From Octopus sinensis (Eukaryota): 64,000 nt of DNA. The DNA lies in contig NC_043016.1 of the NCBI RefSeq assembly GCF_006345805.1, positions 18,600,001-18,664,000 on the forward strand, given 5' to 3'. Below the pieces are notes generated by a model. It was not told the DNA's origin and did not search any database. It saw only the letters and a list, made by a program, of their open reading frames with translations. The position numbers and the translations under genes are program-made. This document shows, one piece after another, positions 62,545 through 64,000 of the stretch (positions within the stretch are counted from its first letter, which is position 1; every line of letters starts with the position of its first letter).

Positions 62545-63934
62545 TTAGTTGTGATTTGAAAATAACCGCTTCTCACACAGAAGATCGGGGGCCCTTTTGG
62601 GCGTTCTATTTTCTAGCTGGAAGAGTTCACAACCCATGGGCAAAGTGGGGTTACATGATGGGGGTGGTGTTTTCAAAACGGTTGGCATATGTAACCTGAT
62701 CACCTCTGCCGATCTAACTCCCAGCCCATGCGCTCCCGTCGTGACATTGGTTCTGCAGAACTGGTTAGGGTTTGAAAACAACTTTAAAGTATAAATATAG
62801 ATGTTTTTGAATCAGCAATGTTCGGTTAAATCCTATTTGGGTGAAAAATCAATAAACTGATTCCTTATGGGGCTTTCCATTTAATCAGAATAAAAAAGAA
62901 TCGATAAACCGATTCCGTATAGGACTTCCCACTAAAATTGTTTATATCCCATTTTCAAATATAACGTCTACCAATTTTGATGTATTTTGTTCAAACGTGA
63001 TGCCAGCATTACTTAGGACTCGTGGGATCTTTGAATGCTTTAAGTTCTCCAAAAACGAAAAAAAAAAAAAATCGATAAACCGATTACTTATGGGATTTCC
63101 CAATCAAATTGTCTGCAAAATTTCAGCCAAAATTAACAGGACCACCAGAATAAGTCCCTTTCAAAGTATCCACGGATCGCCCATCGTGCAACTAACCTGC
63201 GATAACATCTCACCCCTGCCTGCAATGTGGCACTAAATGCAATGAATTGATGTCTAAATATACCATGTCGTAGCTTCCTGACAGAGCGGCGACGGCTTCC
63301 TATCAACATTTTGTTTGAGTGCATGGGCCTAAGAATAAAGAAAAGAACTGATGTCGCTTTCAGACCAATAACACCACGTGACCTGTGTTGACCAACAGAT
63401 TCCTGACATATAGAAGACATCTTGCATTTGTCTTATTTCCCTTTACTCTGCTCCAGATACTTGATGAGACACGTTCGTTCTGAGTCAAACTGTTATTAAA
63501 TAATGTAATTCCTACCAAATATGTTGAGCGTCACTTAGGTTTGTCCACTCGTATGTTTGTATACACAGACACTTACGCAAGCTCACACACACACACATCT
63601 TGTTATATGCAGCAATCTTTATCAAATTTTTTTCGGTTTAACTTCCCATTTTTATATCCATGTTGCTGTATCCTAGTATTATCCTAGTATAGATAGACTC
63701 AACCATTATAAATAAAGGACGAAAAATATCGGAATAATCCACAAACCAAATGTTGATATTTTGAATGCATCTTGTTCGTACGTTTTCAGTCATACAACTA
63801 TCATTGTGTGTTGATATTTGAAAATATAAAGGTTTATAAAATAGGATCGTTTCATCATGTTGAATCGTTAATCATCTAAACGTTGTTTCTCTCTTCGTTT
63901 TTTCCCGTTCTCTCTCCATTGTTTGCTTCTCAAC

Positions 63935-63972
63935 CCTTTCTGACGAAGACTGTAGGCTCGAAACGTCAAAGG
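63935..63972 (+). ncRNA. Minimal hammerhead-like motif in a Penelope pLTR fragment
   Basis: ccttt-CTGACGA-a-gactgtaggctc-GAAACGTC-aaagg; palindromic ACGT stem III, GUC triplet; stem II imperfect. Confidence 0.55.
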
Positions 63973-64000
63973 CTTTTCTAGTTTTCCCGAGCGTCAAATA

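Noticed and set aside
63130-63500. Cys-containing degenerate frames
   Set aside because: Multiple stops in the plus frames and no family could be assigned.

Overview
AT-rich, repeat-dense eukaryotic DNA, intergenic or intronic. The SINE families and the extreme (TA)n/(CA)n/(TACA)n/(TAA)n load resemble, from memory only, an octopus or other coleoid cephalopod genome (inference). No host protein-coding gene could be recognised with confidence, and most ORFs in the track are microsatellite read-throughs. Contents: three tRNA-headed SINE groups in about 35 copies or fragments; a near-intact 5'-truncated R4/Dong-clade non-LTR retrotransposon in a (TAA)n tract (19970-22926); degenerate RTE, CR1/L2-like, Penelope, Tc1, mariner, hAT and Helitron remnants; several fold-back palindromes; one 100-N gap. 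Most interesting: (1) a 553-bp non-coding, tRNA-less element family always anchored in (TAA)n at its 3' end, probably mobilised by the Dong machinery; (2) a ~495-bp tandem array with an internal inversion nested in one SINE; (3) a well-formed type I hammerhead ribozyme (23089-23195, minus) plus a Penelope-linked hammerhead-like family with an atypical core; (4) a SINE with twin-priming-type 5' inversion. Coordinates were read by eye and may be off by a few bases, more at diverged ends.
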